Source: Spirochaetaceae bacterium (GTDB lineage: Bacteria; Spirochaetota; Spirochaetia; B11-G9). Taken from it: a stretch of DNA of 64,000 bases. Below the pieces are notes generated by a model. The model saw nothing but the letters and a program-made list of their open reading frames with translations. It made no database searches and was not told the origin of the DNA. Location of the stretch: positions 23,153 through 87,152 of the forward strand of contig WGCU01000077.1 in the NCBI GenBank assembly GCA_015493635.1. The letters are read 5' to 3'. A program made the translations under genes and the position numbers. Positions 9,764 to 19,430 of this stretch are shown here, piece by piece (the first letter of the stretch is position 1; every line of letters starts with the position of its first letter).

Positions 9764-10555
9764 ATGACACAAACAGGAATCATCGGAATGGGCAACATGG
9801 GTTACGCAATAGCCCGGAGCCTTAAAAGGGCAATGCCTGGTACTACGTTATCTGTTATTGATAAAGACACAGAAAGAGCAGAGAAATGCGCCCTGGATCT
9901 GGAAGCACAGGCGTTCAGTAACTATGCTGATTTTTTCAAGAACACGGAAATTTGCATTATAGCTGTTAAACCGCAGCATCTTGAATCTCTTTTCTCGGAA
10001 ATTTCCCCCTACACCAACGGAATGAAAATTATCACCATTGCGGCGGGAAAAAAGATTTCATTCTTTTCCGAACATCTCTCCACCGGTCAGGTTATACGGT
10101 TTATGCCGAATATTGCAGCTAAAATGTCCCGTTCATTAACGGCCATCACTTTTGGCAGAGATGTTTCTCCGGTATTCAAGGAGGAAGCAGTAACTATTGC
10201 AGAAGCTTTCGGGAAAACAGTTATTATTCCGGAAACACTCATGCCTGCTGTAACAGGACTTTCCGGGAGCGGTATAGCCTACGTCTTTGCCTTTGTACAC
10301 GCTCTTGCCCTCGGCGGAACTCATAGCGGGATTCCCTATGAGACCTCAATGGATATCGCTGCTCAGACTCTTGAAGGAGCACTGGCTCTTCTCAAAGAAG
10401 AAAAGGAAAACCCGATAACACATCTGACAAAGGTTATTTCCGCAGGAGGAACAACTATTGAAGGTATTAAAGCACTTGAAGACGGGGGTTTTACCGCTTC
10501 GGTTATGGATGCAGTTAAGAAGGCCGCAGATAAAGCACAGAAATTTGAACAATAA
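9764..10555 (+). CDS. proC: Pyrroline-5-carboxylate reductase
   Basis: GIIGMGNMG, AVKPQ, RFMPN, TGLSGSG, SAGGTTIEG. Confidence 0.93.
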   Translation: MTQTGIIGMGNMGYAIARSLKRAMPGTTLSVIDKDTERAEKCALDLEAQAFSNYADFFKNTEICIIAVKPQHLESLFSEISPYTNGMKIITIAAGKKISFFSEHLSTGQVIRFMPNIAAKMSRSLTAITFGRDVSPVFKEEAVTIAEAFGKTVIIPETLMPAVTGLSGSGIAYVFAFVHALALGGTHSGIPYETSMDIAAQTLEGALALLKEEKENPITHLTKVISAGGTTIEGIKALEDGGFTASVMDAVKKAADKAQKFEQ

Positions 10556-10579
10556 ATCTTAAAAATTAACGAGGATGAC

Positions 10580-11857
10580 ATGCTGGATTTAAAATTTGTA
10601 AAAGAACACGCGCAGGAAGTAAAGGAAAATATTAAAAATCGGAACATGCAGGTGGATGTAGATACCGTTGTTGCCTATTTCGATAAAAGAAGTGATCTTA
10701 TCCGGACGATAGAAGATTTGCGCAGGAAGAGAAACGCCAACGCCCAGGCCATGAAGGGGAAGATGTCACAGGAAGAAAGACAGCTTCTTATTAAAGAAGG
10801 AAAAGAGTTAAAGACCTCTATAGCTGAATATGAAAAAGAATTGGAAACAGTGGAAAAGGTTCTTTTCAGTGAAGCAGGGAAAATTCCAAACATGGCTCAC
10901 CCCGATGCTCCTGTAGGCAAAGAGGAAAAAGACAACCTTGAAATAAAAAGATTTCTGGAACCGGTCCGCTTCCCCTTTCAACGGAAAGATCATGTACAGC
11001 TCGGGCAGGATCTTGATCTTATTGATTTTGAAACAGCCACCCGGGTTACCGGACCTAAATTTTATTACCTTAAAAACGAAGCGGTATTTCTTGAACTTGC
11101 CCTCATACGGTATGCCATGGAGATTCTTCAGAAAAAGGGGTTTACACCGGTTATAACTCCTGATATAGCCCGGGAGGAGATCCTCGAAGGGATCGGCTTT
11201 AATCCGAGAGGTACTGAAAGCAACATCTATAATCTGGAAGAAACGGGAACATGCCTTATCGGTACAGCGGAAATTACTTTGGGAGGCTACTTCAGTAATC
11301 AGATAATAGAAAAAGATTCCCTGCCGCTAAAGATGGCGGGACTTTCCCACTGTTTCCGAAGAGAGGCAGGCGCCGCAGGTAAGTATTCCAAGGGATTGTA
11401 CCGGGTCCATCAATTTACGAAGGTAGAGATGTTTGTGTACTGTATGCCTGAAGATTCAGAAAACATGCACCGGGAACTTCTGGACATTGAAGAAGAAATA
11501 TGGAAGGGAATGGGAATACCTTATAGAATTGTCGATACCTGTACCGGTGACCTTGGAGCTCCTGCCTACAGAAAATACGATATAGAGGCATGGATGCCCG
11601 GAAGAGGAAAAGATGGTGAGTGGGGAGAAGTAACAAGTACTTCAAACTGTACCGACTACCAGTCCAGAAGACTGGGAATACGGGTAAAAGACGGCGGAAG
11701 AACGACGTACCTGCACATGATCAACGGTACAGCAATAGCCGTTTCCCGTGCCATCATTGCTATTATGGAAAACTTTCAACAGGAAGACGGTTCCATCGTG
11801 ATCCCGGAAAAACTTGTTCCCTATACAGGCTTTTCCCGTATAAACCGGCATGAATAA
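10580..11857 (+). CDS. serS: Serine--tRNA ligase
   Basis: GTAE, CFRREAG, GLYRVHQF, EVTSTSNCTDYQSRRL, NGTAIA. Confidence 0.97.
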   Translation: MLDLKFVKEHAQEVKENIKNRNMQVDVDTVVAYFDKRSDLIRTIEDLRRKRNANAQAMKGKMSQEERQLLIKEGKELKTSIAEYEKELETVEKVLFSEAGKIPNMAHPDAPVGKEEKDNLEIKRFLEPVRFPFQRKDHVQLGQDLDLIDFETATRVTGPKFYYLKNEAVFLELALIRYAMEILQKKGFTPVITPDIAREEILEGIGFNPRGTESNIYNLEETGTCLIGTAEITLGGYFSNQIIEKDSLPLKMAGLSHCFRREAGAAGKYSKGLYRVHQFTKVEMFVYCMPEDSENMHRELLDIEEEIWKGMGIPYRIVDTCTGDLGAPAYRKYDIEAWMPGRGKDGEWGEVTSTSNCTDYQSRRLGIRVKDGGRTTYLHMINGTAIAVSRAIIAIMENFQQEDGSIVIPEKLVPYTGFSRINRHE

Positions 11858-12410
11858 CGGGGAAGAAATAAAATCCCTTGTTCTGAAAACCGTTCTTTTT
11901 TTCATAATAGCCGCTGCTGCTTACGGGGTACTGTTTTTTGCGGCTGGCAGCACTATCCGGGAAATGGGAAGACACTTTGCCGGGAAACGGGGACTTACCG
12001 GTATTTTCCTCTATGTGTATCTGGTAGATACCTTTATCGTCCCTGCTACCCCCGATATTGTTTTTACCCTGTCAACAGCTTCTCCGCTGCTTCTTATCAC
12101 GGTTGTATCCACAGCATCCATCTCGGGAGGGTTTACGGGATACCTTATTGGAAGATATCTGAATCACCTTTCCATTGTGCGTAAAGTAACTGCTTACTAC
12201 CGTGCAAAGGGAGAAGCATTGATACACAGATACGGTCCCTGGGCAGTTGCTCTTGCAGGGTTTACCCCCCTTCCTTATTCAACCATATCCTGGCTCGCGG
12301 GAATGTTTAAAATAAAACCAGGACAGTACCTTCTCGCTTCTTTAACACGGATTCCCCGTCTTACCCTGTACTATATGGCAATTCAGGGAGGAATGAAACT
12401 TTTTTCATAA
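11850..12410 (+). CDS. DedA/VTT (YqaA-like) membrane protein
   Basis: GYLIGR, RYGPWAVALAGFTPLPY, LAGMF. Confidence 0.8.
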   Translation: MNNGEEIKSLVLKTVLFFIIAAAAYGVLFFAAGSTIREMGRHFAGKRGLTGIFLYVYLVDTFIVPATPDIVFTLSTASPLLLITVVSTASISGGFTGYLIGRYLNHLSIVRKVTAYYRAKGEALIHRYGPWAVALAGFTPLPYSTISWLAGMFKIKPGQYLLASLTRIPRLTLYYMAIQGGMKLFS

Positions 12411-12428
12411 ACTGTGTGACCGGGGAGG

Positions 12429-12457
12429 TTCACAGAGAACCCATATTCTCCTATACT
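12429..12457 (+). promoter_or_regulatory. Putative sigma70 promoter TTCACA-17-TATACT for the ECF operon
   Basis: Boxes at 12429-12434 and 12452-12457; ATG at 12467. Confidence 0.5.
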
Positions 12458-12466
12458 GCGGGCGGT

Positions 12467-13954
12467 ATGAAGGAATTACTGGAACTGAAACAACTCTCAT
12501 TTAAATACCCTGACTATCCGGGACTTGAATTTCCTCAGCTCTTTTCCAACATCAACCTTACACTCAATAAAGGTGATTTCAGGATTGTTCTGGGAAAGCC
12601 GGAAAGCGGAAAAACCACCCTTTCTCGGATTATAACAGGTCTTATTCCCCGCTATACCGGGGGAGTATTAACAGGGTCAATACTTCTCAATGGAAAGACT
12701 ACGGCAGAGCTGAAACCCTACGAATTGATAGAACAGGCAGGTACCGTTTTCCAGAACCCTGATGAACAAATTATTACAACCCGCTGCGATACCGAGATTG
12801 CTTTCCCTATGGAATCACTGGGATGGGAGCGAACGATAATGACAAAGCGTATTGACGCTGCATTACATGATACCGATATCTCCCGCCTGAAAACAAGAAA
12901 TCCGGCAACCCTTTCCGGCGGAGAGAAAAAAAAACTTCTTATAGCATCTCTCTTTGCTCTTGATCCGGATGTATGGATACTTGACGAAACCCTTGAAGAG
13001 CTTGACCCGGCATCCGTACAAATGATTTTAACACAAATTCTGCAGAAAGAAAAAACAGTTCTTCTTTTGGCATCCAAGAATCCCAAAATCCCGGAAAATA
13101 TTCAGGCTCTCTATTCTGTCTTTTCAGAGGGAGAACTTTTTCACAGAGAGAACCTTCCGGAACACAGCTATCAGGAACTGCTTGAGCAGGAAGGTCTTGT
13201 CATTCCGGGAAACAGTACCTCTTTTTCACTACCGGTTACCTTAAAAAAAGAAAACAAGAACGGAGAACTGCTCCTTCAGATACGGAATGTACGGTATTCC
13301 TATGAAGGAAACAGGGAGTTTTCCTTGACAATAGATAATTTGTCTCTGCATAAAGGAGAAATACTATCCATCGTTGGGGAAAACGGCAGCGGGAAATCTA
13401 CCCTTGGGAAAATTTTAAGCGGACTCATACAGCCTTCTTCCGGTGATATCAGTATAAGGAATGGTGAGTATATGCAAAGTGCTACTGCCCAAGCACTCAA
13501 CGCTTTTACCGGTTTTCTGTTTCAGAACCCCGACTCACAGATATTCCTTCCAACGGTAAAAGAAGAACTATCTTTCAATCTTGATCTTGATGAACACGTA
13601 CTCTCGGACACGATACAGCTCTTTTCCCTTCCGGGAAAAGATGTCCCTCCCGCCCTGATGAGCTACGGAGCCCGGAAACGTCTCCAGGGAGCGGTATACT
13701 ATCTCCTTGCAAAAAGACTGTACATTATTGATGAAGCTGACTCGGGATTATCCATTAATGATTACTCAAATATTATCTCTCTTCTCAAGAAAAAAAATGC
13801 CGCACTTATTATTATTACCCATAACATGGAATTAAGCCGGTTCTTTTCGGACCGTACGTACATCATGGAACGAGGGGCCATCATCAAAACTATTGAAAAA
13901 AATCAGTTTTCCCGAGTGCAGACCTATTTTGATACGATAAAAGGGAACCAGTAA
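12467..13954 (+). CDS. ECF transporter duplicated ATPase (A-A')
   Basis: Two Walker A motifs (GKPESGKTT, GENGSGKST), two FQNPD Q-loops, LSGGE signature. Confidence 0.88.
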   Translation: MKELLELKQLSFKYPDYPGLEFPQLFSNINLTLNKGDFRIVLGKPESGKTTLSRIITGLIPRYTGGVLTGSILLNGKTTAELKPYELIEQAGTVFQNPDEQIITTRCDTEIAFPMESLGWERTIMTKRIDAALHDTDISRLKTRNPATLSGGEKKKLLIASLFALDPDVWILDETLEELDPASVQMILTQILQKEKTVLLLASKNPKIPENIQALYSVFSEGELFHRENLPEHSYQELLEQEGLVIPGNSTSFSLPVTLKKENKNGELLLQIRNVRYSYEGNREFSLTIDNLSLHKGEILSIVGENGSGKSTLGKILSGLIQPSSGDISIRNGEYMQSATAQALNAFTGFLFQNPDSQIFLPTVKEELSFNLDLDEHVLSDTIQLFSLPGKDVPPALMSYGARKRLQGAVYYLLAKRLYIIDEADSGLSINDYSNIISLLKKKNAALIIITHNMELSRFFSDRTYIMERGAIIKTIEKNQFSRVQTYFDTIKGNQ

Positions 13955-13957
13955 AAG

Positions 13958-14731
13958 ATGATTACCAGCACCTACCAGAACGGCAATTCATACATTCACA
14001 AAACAGATCCCAGAATGAAACTGTTTCTCCTTGTATTTTTTACTGTTTCTTTTTTTATTACAGACAGCATTTCAGTAACATCATTATATTTTCTTTTTAT
14101 CATGTTCCTTATCGGTTCAAGCATCGGCATAAAAGGGATGGCTGCTCCCGTTAAAACAATTTACCCGCTCCTGATCTTTGTAGCACTGCTGACTCCGCCG
14201 TTTCACCCGGGAGGAACGGTCTATCTCCGGATAGGTTCACATATCCTTGTTTCAAACAATGGCATAATGGAAACGTTACGTCTCATTATACGGTTTACGG
14301 GAATCACCGGTATCTTTTTTCTCTTTTTCCGTACCACAAGTATTGATGATCTTATTCTTTCCCTACGGTGGTTCCACGTTCCCTTTACCATTACCCTCAT
14401 TCTCACTATTGCAATCAGATACATACCCCATATGATCTACCTGTACACCAGTGTTACCGATGCGCATAAACTCAGAAAAAACTGGAACAGCAAAGAAGAA
14501 AAGATCAGCTTCAAAACACGAATAAAAAACCTTTTCCCGGTACTTGTTTCTGTTCTCATACAATCAATAAAAGCCATCCCCACCCTTGCCATGTCCCTGG
14601 AATTAAAGGGCTTTGGATCAAAGCGGCCGAGAAGCCGGTACATGACTATTCATCAGTATTACTCTTTTCCCTTGCAATTGTTTCTTCTCTCTGCTATTGT
14701 GCTCACCGTAATTTTATCAGCGATACTTTAG
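13958..14731 (+). CDS. ECF transporter transmembrane component T
   Basis: SYIHKTDPRMKL, IAIRYIP, AMSLELKGF. Confidence 0.88.
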   Translation: MITSTYQNGNSYIHKTDPRMKLFLLVFFTVSFFITDSISVTSLYFLFIMFLIGSSIGIKGMAAPVKTIYPLLIFVALLTPPFHPGGTVYLRIGSHILVSNNGIMETLRLIIRFTGITGIFFLFFRTTSIDDLILSLRWFHVPFTITLILTIAIRYIPHMIYLYTSVTDAHKLRKNWNSKEEKISFKTRIKNLFPVLVSVLIQSIKAIPTLAMSLELKGFGSKRPRSRYMTIHQYYSFPLQLFLLSAIVLTVILSAIL

Positions 14732-14740
14732 GAGGTATCC

Positions 14741-15301
14741 ATGTCTGATCAGGAACAAAAAAACACTTTCACCAGATTCTCAGCTTTCAGAATTGCATCT
14801 CTTGCTATTCTTATAGCAGTGACCACCATTTTCACCTATTTAATCCGTATACCGACTGCTCCAACCCGGGGCTATCTTAATCTGGGTGACGTTGCCGTTT
14901 TTTTTACAGCAATTACCTTCGGCCCTTTTTCTGCGCTTATAGCCGGAGGCCTGGGAACAGCTCTGGCAGATATTATATCCGGATACGCCCAATGGGCTCC
15001 TATTACGTTTTTTGCCCATGGTATTCAGGGTTTTATTGTTGGGCTTATAATATTTGCCCACCGGAAAAACGCGGATAATCTGCGGATTGGAATTGTCAGA
15101 CTCGTTCTTGCATTTTTGGGAGCCACCATTATCATGGCGGGAACATACTTCGTCACCGGCGGCTTCATGTACGGATTCGGAGCAGCAGCTACAGAGATAC
15201 CGGGAAACATCCTTCAGAATGTTGCAGGTGTTCTTATCGGATATCCGCTGGCCCTGGCAGTACGGAAAGCATACCCTCCTGTTCTTACCTACAAGTGGTA
15301 A
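14741..15301 (+). CDS. ECF transporter S component (substrate unknown)
   Basis: IRIPTAPTRGYLNLGD, GGLGTALADIISGYAQWAP, GNILQ. Confidence 0.88.
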   Translation: MSDQEQKNTFTRFSAFRIASLAILIAVTTIFTYLIRIPTAPTRGYLNLGDVAVFFTAITFGPFSALIAGGLGTALADIISGYAQWAPITFFAHGIQGFIVGLIIFAHRKNADNLRIGIVRLVLAFLGATIIMAGTYFVTGGFMYGFGAAATEIPGNILQNVAGVLIGYPLALAVRKAYPPVLTYKW

Positions 15302-15642
15302 TGTTGTTTCATTAACAGCTCTCTATACCGGGACACATCCGTGTGGGAAGAAAACATGACACTCACCCGGGATGTTTCCGGTGAAAGGGCTTTTATGTAC
15401 ACGATATCATCGGTAATGGAGAATGATCCATCTACCGCACGCAGCGTAATCTGGTAATCTTTAACCTTAAAAACATTAACCGGAAGAATAACACTTATCC
15501 CGTTATCATCGGCATCTATCGTTTGTGCTTTCATCCGCTGCGCTGATTCTGGATCTCCCAGATATGCCGCAAATTCTTTCAATAAGGGAGGTAATCTTTT
15601 TGCCGGGAGCCTTGGTCCTCCCCGTCTCTCTTCGTCTCCCAT
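15289..15642 (-). CDS. Small PilZ-like domain protein
   Basis: N-terminal ERRGGPR (RxxxR) and a DADDNGI segment in place of DxSxxG; start taken at ATG 15642. Confidence 0.5.
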   Translation of the reverse strand: MGDEERRGGPRLPAKRLPPLLKEFAAYLGDPESAQRMKAQTIDADDNGISVILPVNVFKVKDYQITLRAVDGSFSITDDIVYIKALSPETSRVSVMFSSHTDVSRYRELLMKQHYHL

Positions 15643-15646
15643 CGTA

Positions 15647-16816
15647 CTATACAGAAGCCTTGAAAAGACTGTTAAGATAAGAAATCTTTTTCTCACATAC
15701 AGCACGTAAGCTTCCCGGCCGTTTTGAGGAAGCAATGCGCTCTTTGGTCCAAAGCCAGGTAAAACGTTTAAACAACCTTACATATTCATCATCTGAAACA
15801 CCTTTCCAGTAGGGAGCCTTTCTTTCTTTAAGAAGCTCCGGAGTACCAATCCCTGTTTCTTTCTTGTCTCTCAGATACATATCAAGAGGAAACCGGGCAT
15901 TGTACTCCTGCCAGAGACTCACCGTTTCCTTTTTTGCAAAATCCCGTTGTTTTTCCCAGAACTCCAGAACATCTATGATATGATTAACCGGTTCAAAGGC
16001 CTTTTTCCCTCCGTCATAGATGGCACATCCTTCAAGAGCAATAATAATCTTTTCAAACTGGGAATGTTCAAATTCAGGACTGAGAAGAGCTCCAAGCTTG
16101 TAATTACGGAGAAGATCTGTATCCGGAAGCACATTTGCAAGAGGGGTTGCGGTACTGCCGAGAGCAAACCGCCCTTCCAGATAGATTAAAACTGTTCTTT
16201 CATAATGAGGATGCGTCTGCTTAAACCGTTTGTCCCATTTTTCAAGAACTTCTTCAGCTCTCACACCGCCGATGGTTATAAAAATAAAGTTCTTCAACTC
16301 AAGCTGCTTCTGTTCAAGATATTTCTCAAGATACACCAGACTGTTGTCGAGGGATGCCCCGGAAGCGACTATATCAGCACTGTACACTGTTGCATTATTG
16401 GGAACCTCAAACTTGCGATACGCGTCTTCGGAGATGACGAACTGAACACCCTCCTTCACCCGCTGACTGGAAATGTATGAGCTTGAGTGCCATTTATATC
16501 CGAAAGCCTTCCGCAGAACATCGCGTATTTGAAAATTTAAACCTCCCCGGAGGATATGATACACATTCACATTTCTGGAGTTAATCATACTGAGTTTCTC
16601 AAGGTGATTCAAACTTTTTAGTGCGTTTGTTATACCGTTACGCATCAATTCCGTAAAATCACAGTTAATTATTTCGGGGAAATTCATCATGTTCCTTGTA
16701 TCACGGGTTGAGACTATGTACCGGTGCAGAGAAGAAGCGTCTGATTCTCTTTCTATCGTATAAATAGCTGCAGTCTCATCCTTAAATTTTCGAACCAGGT
16801 AATCTTTTATTTTCAT
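15647..16816 (-). CDS. Phosphoribosyltransferase-fold protein of unknown specificity
   Basis: HILRGGLNF and a PRPP-loop-like VYSADIVASGASL. Confidence 0.6.
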   Translation of the reverse strand: MKIKDYLVRKFKDETAAIYTIERESDASSLHRYIVSTRDTRNMMNFPEIINCDFTELMRNGITNALKSLNHLEKLSMINSRNVNVYHILRGGLNFQIRDVLRKAFGYKWHSSSYISSQRVKEGVQFVISEDAYRKFEVPNNATVYSADIVASGASLDNSLVYLEKYLEQKQLELKNFIFITIGGVRAEEVLEKWDKRFKQTHPHYERTVLIYLEGRFALGSTATPLANVLPDTDLLRNYKLGALLSPEFEHSQFEKIIIALEGCAIYDGGKKAFEPVNHIIDVLEFWEKQRDFAKKETVSLWQEYNARFPLDMYLRDKKETGIGTPELLKERKAPYWKGVSDDEYVRLFKRFTWLWTKERIASSKRPGSLRAVCEKKISYLNSLFKASV

Positions 16817-16877
16817 ATATGCTCCATGAGAGTTTATTTCTCATTTTAAGCTAAATAGAGACATATTGAAAGTATTA

Positions 16878-16906
16878 TTTACACTTGGTAGACAAATTGT
16901 TATAGT
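16878..16906 (+). promoter_or_regulatory. Putative sigma70 promoter TTTACA-17-TATAGT (extended TG)
   Basis: Boxes at 16878-16883 and 16901-16906; SD GGAGG before pncB. Confidence 0.55.
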
Positions 16907-16923
16907 GGTCTTGGAGGTCTTAC

Positions 16924-18345
16924 ATGAACTACTCCGGATTGCTGACTGATCTGTATGAACTTACCATGATGCAGGGGTACCTGCTTCAAAACCGAAATGA
17001 GAATGTTGTCTTTGATGTATTTTTTAGGAAACACCCCTTTTCCGGCGGATACTCCATTCTAACGGGAATAGAAGATGTATTGAATCTGCTCCCCCGTCTC
17101 TCTTTCTCAGAAGATGATATTGCATATCTGCGGAGCCTTAACAGATTTGAAGACCGGTTTCTTGATTATTTACGTAACTTTAAGTTTACCGGTGATGTCT
17201 ATACCATGGATGAAGGGGATGTAATATTCCCTCAGGAACCGCTTCTTCGTATTCACAGCACAATCATGGAAGCCCAGCTCATTGAAAGTATCATACTCAA
17301 TACCATTAATTTTCAAACACTTATAGCAACAAAAGCTGCAAGAGTTGTTCATGCAGCAGGTGGAAGCGGCGTTCTCGAATTCGGACTCCGCAGGGCACAG
17401 GGTGTTGATGGGGCACTTTCCGCGTCTCGGGCGGCATATATAGGCGGGGTTATTGCGACATCAAATACCCTTGCGGGAAAGTTGTATAACATACCGGTAA
17501 CCGGTTCCATGGCACACTCCTGGGTTATGGCCCACGACAATGAACTGCAGTCTTTCGCAAAATTTGCCGAGTTGTATCCTGATGCGGCCATACTGCTCAT
17601 TGATACCTTTGACACTCTTGGCAGCGGTATTGAAAACGCAATTAAAATAGGTTTGGATCTTAAGAAAAAGGGTAAATCAATCATGGTGCGCCTTGACAGC
17701 GGTGACCTTTTCTACCTCAGCAATAAGATAAGAGAAAAACTTGATAATGCCGGTCTTCAAGATGCAAAAATTGTTGTTTCAAACGATCTGAACGAAGAAA
17801 TTATTCATCAGATGGTTACTGATGGTGTTCCTATAGATTTCTGGGGTGTTGGTACACAGCTTGTTACAGGAGGTATTGATTCCGCTTTTGGCGGAGTCTA
17901 TAAGCTCTGTGCAAAAGAGAACAGCGGCAGGATGGTACCGACAATCAAGGTTTCCAATAATGCGGAAAAAACATCAAATCCGGGTGTTAAACAGGTTTAC
18001 CGTTTCTATGACTCAGACGGTTATGCGATAGGAGATATGATTGCTCTGCAATCAGAGAAGATTCGTCCCGGAAGACCTTACAAGTTTTATCATCCGACCT
18101 ATTTCCATAAAAAATATATCCTGAACAAGTATTCACGTATTGAACCGTTGCTCAAACTTCAGATGGAAAATGGTGTCCGGACCGGTGATTCTTTCACCCT
18201 GCAGGAAATACAGCAGAAAGTACAAAAAAATCTCACAAATTTTGATAAAACTTATAAACGGATTCTTAACCCTCACATATATAAAATTTCTCTCTCTGAA
18301 ACACTGAAAAAATTAAAAGCGCAATTGATTGATGAATATAAATAA
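16924..18345 (+). CDS. pncB: Nicotinate phosphoribosyltransferase
   Basis: LLTDLYELTMMQGY, EFGLRRAQG, GSMAHSWV, LIDTFDT, RLDSGDL, GGVYKL. Confidence 0.95.
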   Translation: MNYSGLLTDLYELTMMQGYLLQNRNENVVFDVFFRKHPFSGGYSILTGIEDVLNLLPRLSFSEDDIAYLRSLNRFEDRFLDYLRNFKFTGDVYTMDEGDVIFPQEPLLRIHSTIMEAQLIESIILNTINFQTLIATKAARVVHAAGGSGVLEFGLRRAQGVDGALSASRAAYIGGVIATSNTLAGKLYNIPVTGSMAHSWVMAHDNELQSFAKFAELYPDAAILLIDTFDTLGSGIENAIKIGLDLKKKGKSIMVRLDSGDLFYLSNKIREKLDNAGLQDAKIVVSNDLNEEIIHQMVTDGVPIDFWGVGTQLVTGGIDSAFGGVYKLCAKENSGRMVPTIKVSNNAEKTSNPGVKQVYRFYDSDGYAIGDMIALQSEKIRPGRPYKFYHPTYFHKKYILNKYSRIEPLLKLQMENGVRTGDSFTLQEIQQKVQKNLTNFDKTYKRILNPHIYKISLSETLKKLKAQLIDEYK

Positions 18346-19417
18346 AAAACTCCCGAAAGGGAGGCACAGGACCTTTATTATTGCTGAAATAGGTACTGCC
18401 CACAACGGTGATCTATCGAGGGCAAAGGATCTTATACACTCCGCCCGGGATGCTGGTGCTGACTGTGTAAAATTTCAGTATGTTATAGCGGAAGAAATTA
18501 TTCATCCTCTTACCGGCGATGTATTACTTCCCGGCGGGGCGATTCCTCTGTTTGACCGTTTTAAATCACTGGAAAGAGAACCGGAATTTTATTTATCCCT
18601 GAAAACAGAAGCGGAAAAATCAGGATTGTTGTTTCTGTGCACCCCCTTCGGCCCCCGCAGTGCTGAAGTTTTAATGGAGCTTCAGGTTGAAGCAATTAAA
18701 ATAGCATCTCCGGAACTGAACTATTATGCTCTTCTTGACAAGGTGCAGTCGTTTCCCCTTATCATTTCCACAGGAGTTTCAACTCTTACGGATATTGACA
18801 GAGCCATCTCCCACTGCCCGGAGGAAACAGCAATACTTCACTGCATAACCGCCTATCCGGCACCTGAAACTGAGTATAATCTTAAAGTAATACCGAATTT
18901 AATGCGTATCTTTAATAAACCGGTCGGCATTTCAGATCATTCATTAAACCCTGTTCTCGTCCCCTCTCTGTCCGCATCAATGAAGGTATATGCCCTGGAA
19001 AAGCACATCACCTTTTCAAACACGGATAAAGGCCTTGATGATCCCATTGCTCTTACACCTGAAAACTTTAAACTCATGTGCAGGAGTGTTAGAGAAGCGG
19101 AACATGACGGATACAACGAAACACTCGAAAAAATGATATACGCTTTCGGCACAGAAAAAGTATTTACAACCCTCGGAGACGGAGAAAAAAAACTTGCCCC
19201 CTGTGAACGGGATAATTACAGGACAACGAACAGATCTATTATGGCAGTTGAAGATATAAAGAAGGGAACCCCTTTTACAGAAAGGAATATAGCTCTTTTG
19301 AGAAGTGAGAAATCCCTCTCACCGGGCCTCCCGCCCGATTATCTATCTATTGTTTTATTTAAAAAAGCTGCAAAAAACATCCCCAGCGGAACAGGGATAA
19401 CAGGAAACTGTTTTTAA
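18332..19417 (+). CDS. N-acetylneuraminate synthase family (NeuB/SpsE) with C-terminal SAF/AFP-like domain
   Basis: IIAEIGTAHNGD, KFQ, KIASPE, LHCITAYP, GISDHS, EKHIT. Confidence 0.88.
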   Translation: MNINKKLPKGRHRTFIIAEIGTAHNGDLSRAKDLIHSARDAGADCVKFQYVIAEEIIHPLTGDVLLPGGAIPLFDRFKSLEREPEFYLSLKTEAEKSGLLFLCTPFGPRSAEVLMELQVEAIKIASPELNYYALLDKVQSFPLIISTGVSTLTDIDRAISHCPEETAILHCITAYPAPETEYNLKVIPNLMRIFNKPVGISDHSLNPVLVPSLSASMKVYALEKHITFSNTDKGLDDPIALTPENFKLMCRSVREAEHDGYNETLEKMIYAFGTEKVFTTLGDGEKKLAPCERDNYRTTNRSIMAVEDIKKGTPFTERNIALLRSEKSLSPGLPPDYLSIVLFKKAAKNIPSGTGITGNCF

Positions 19418-19430
19418 CGGCAAACGCCGC

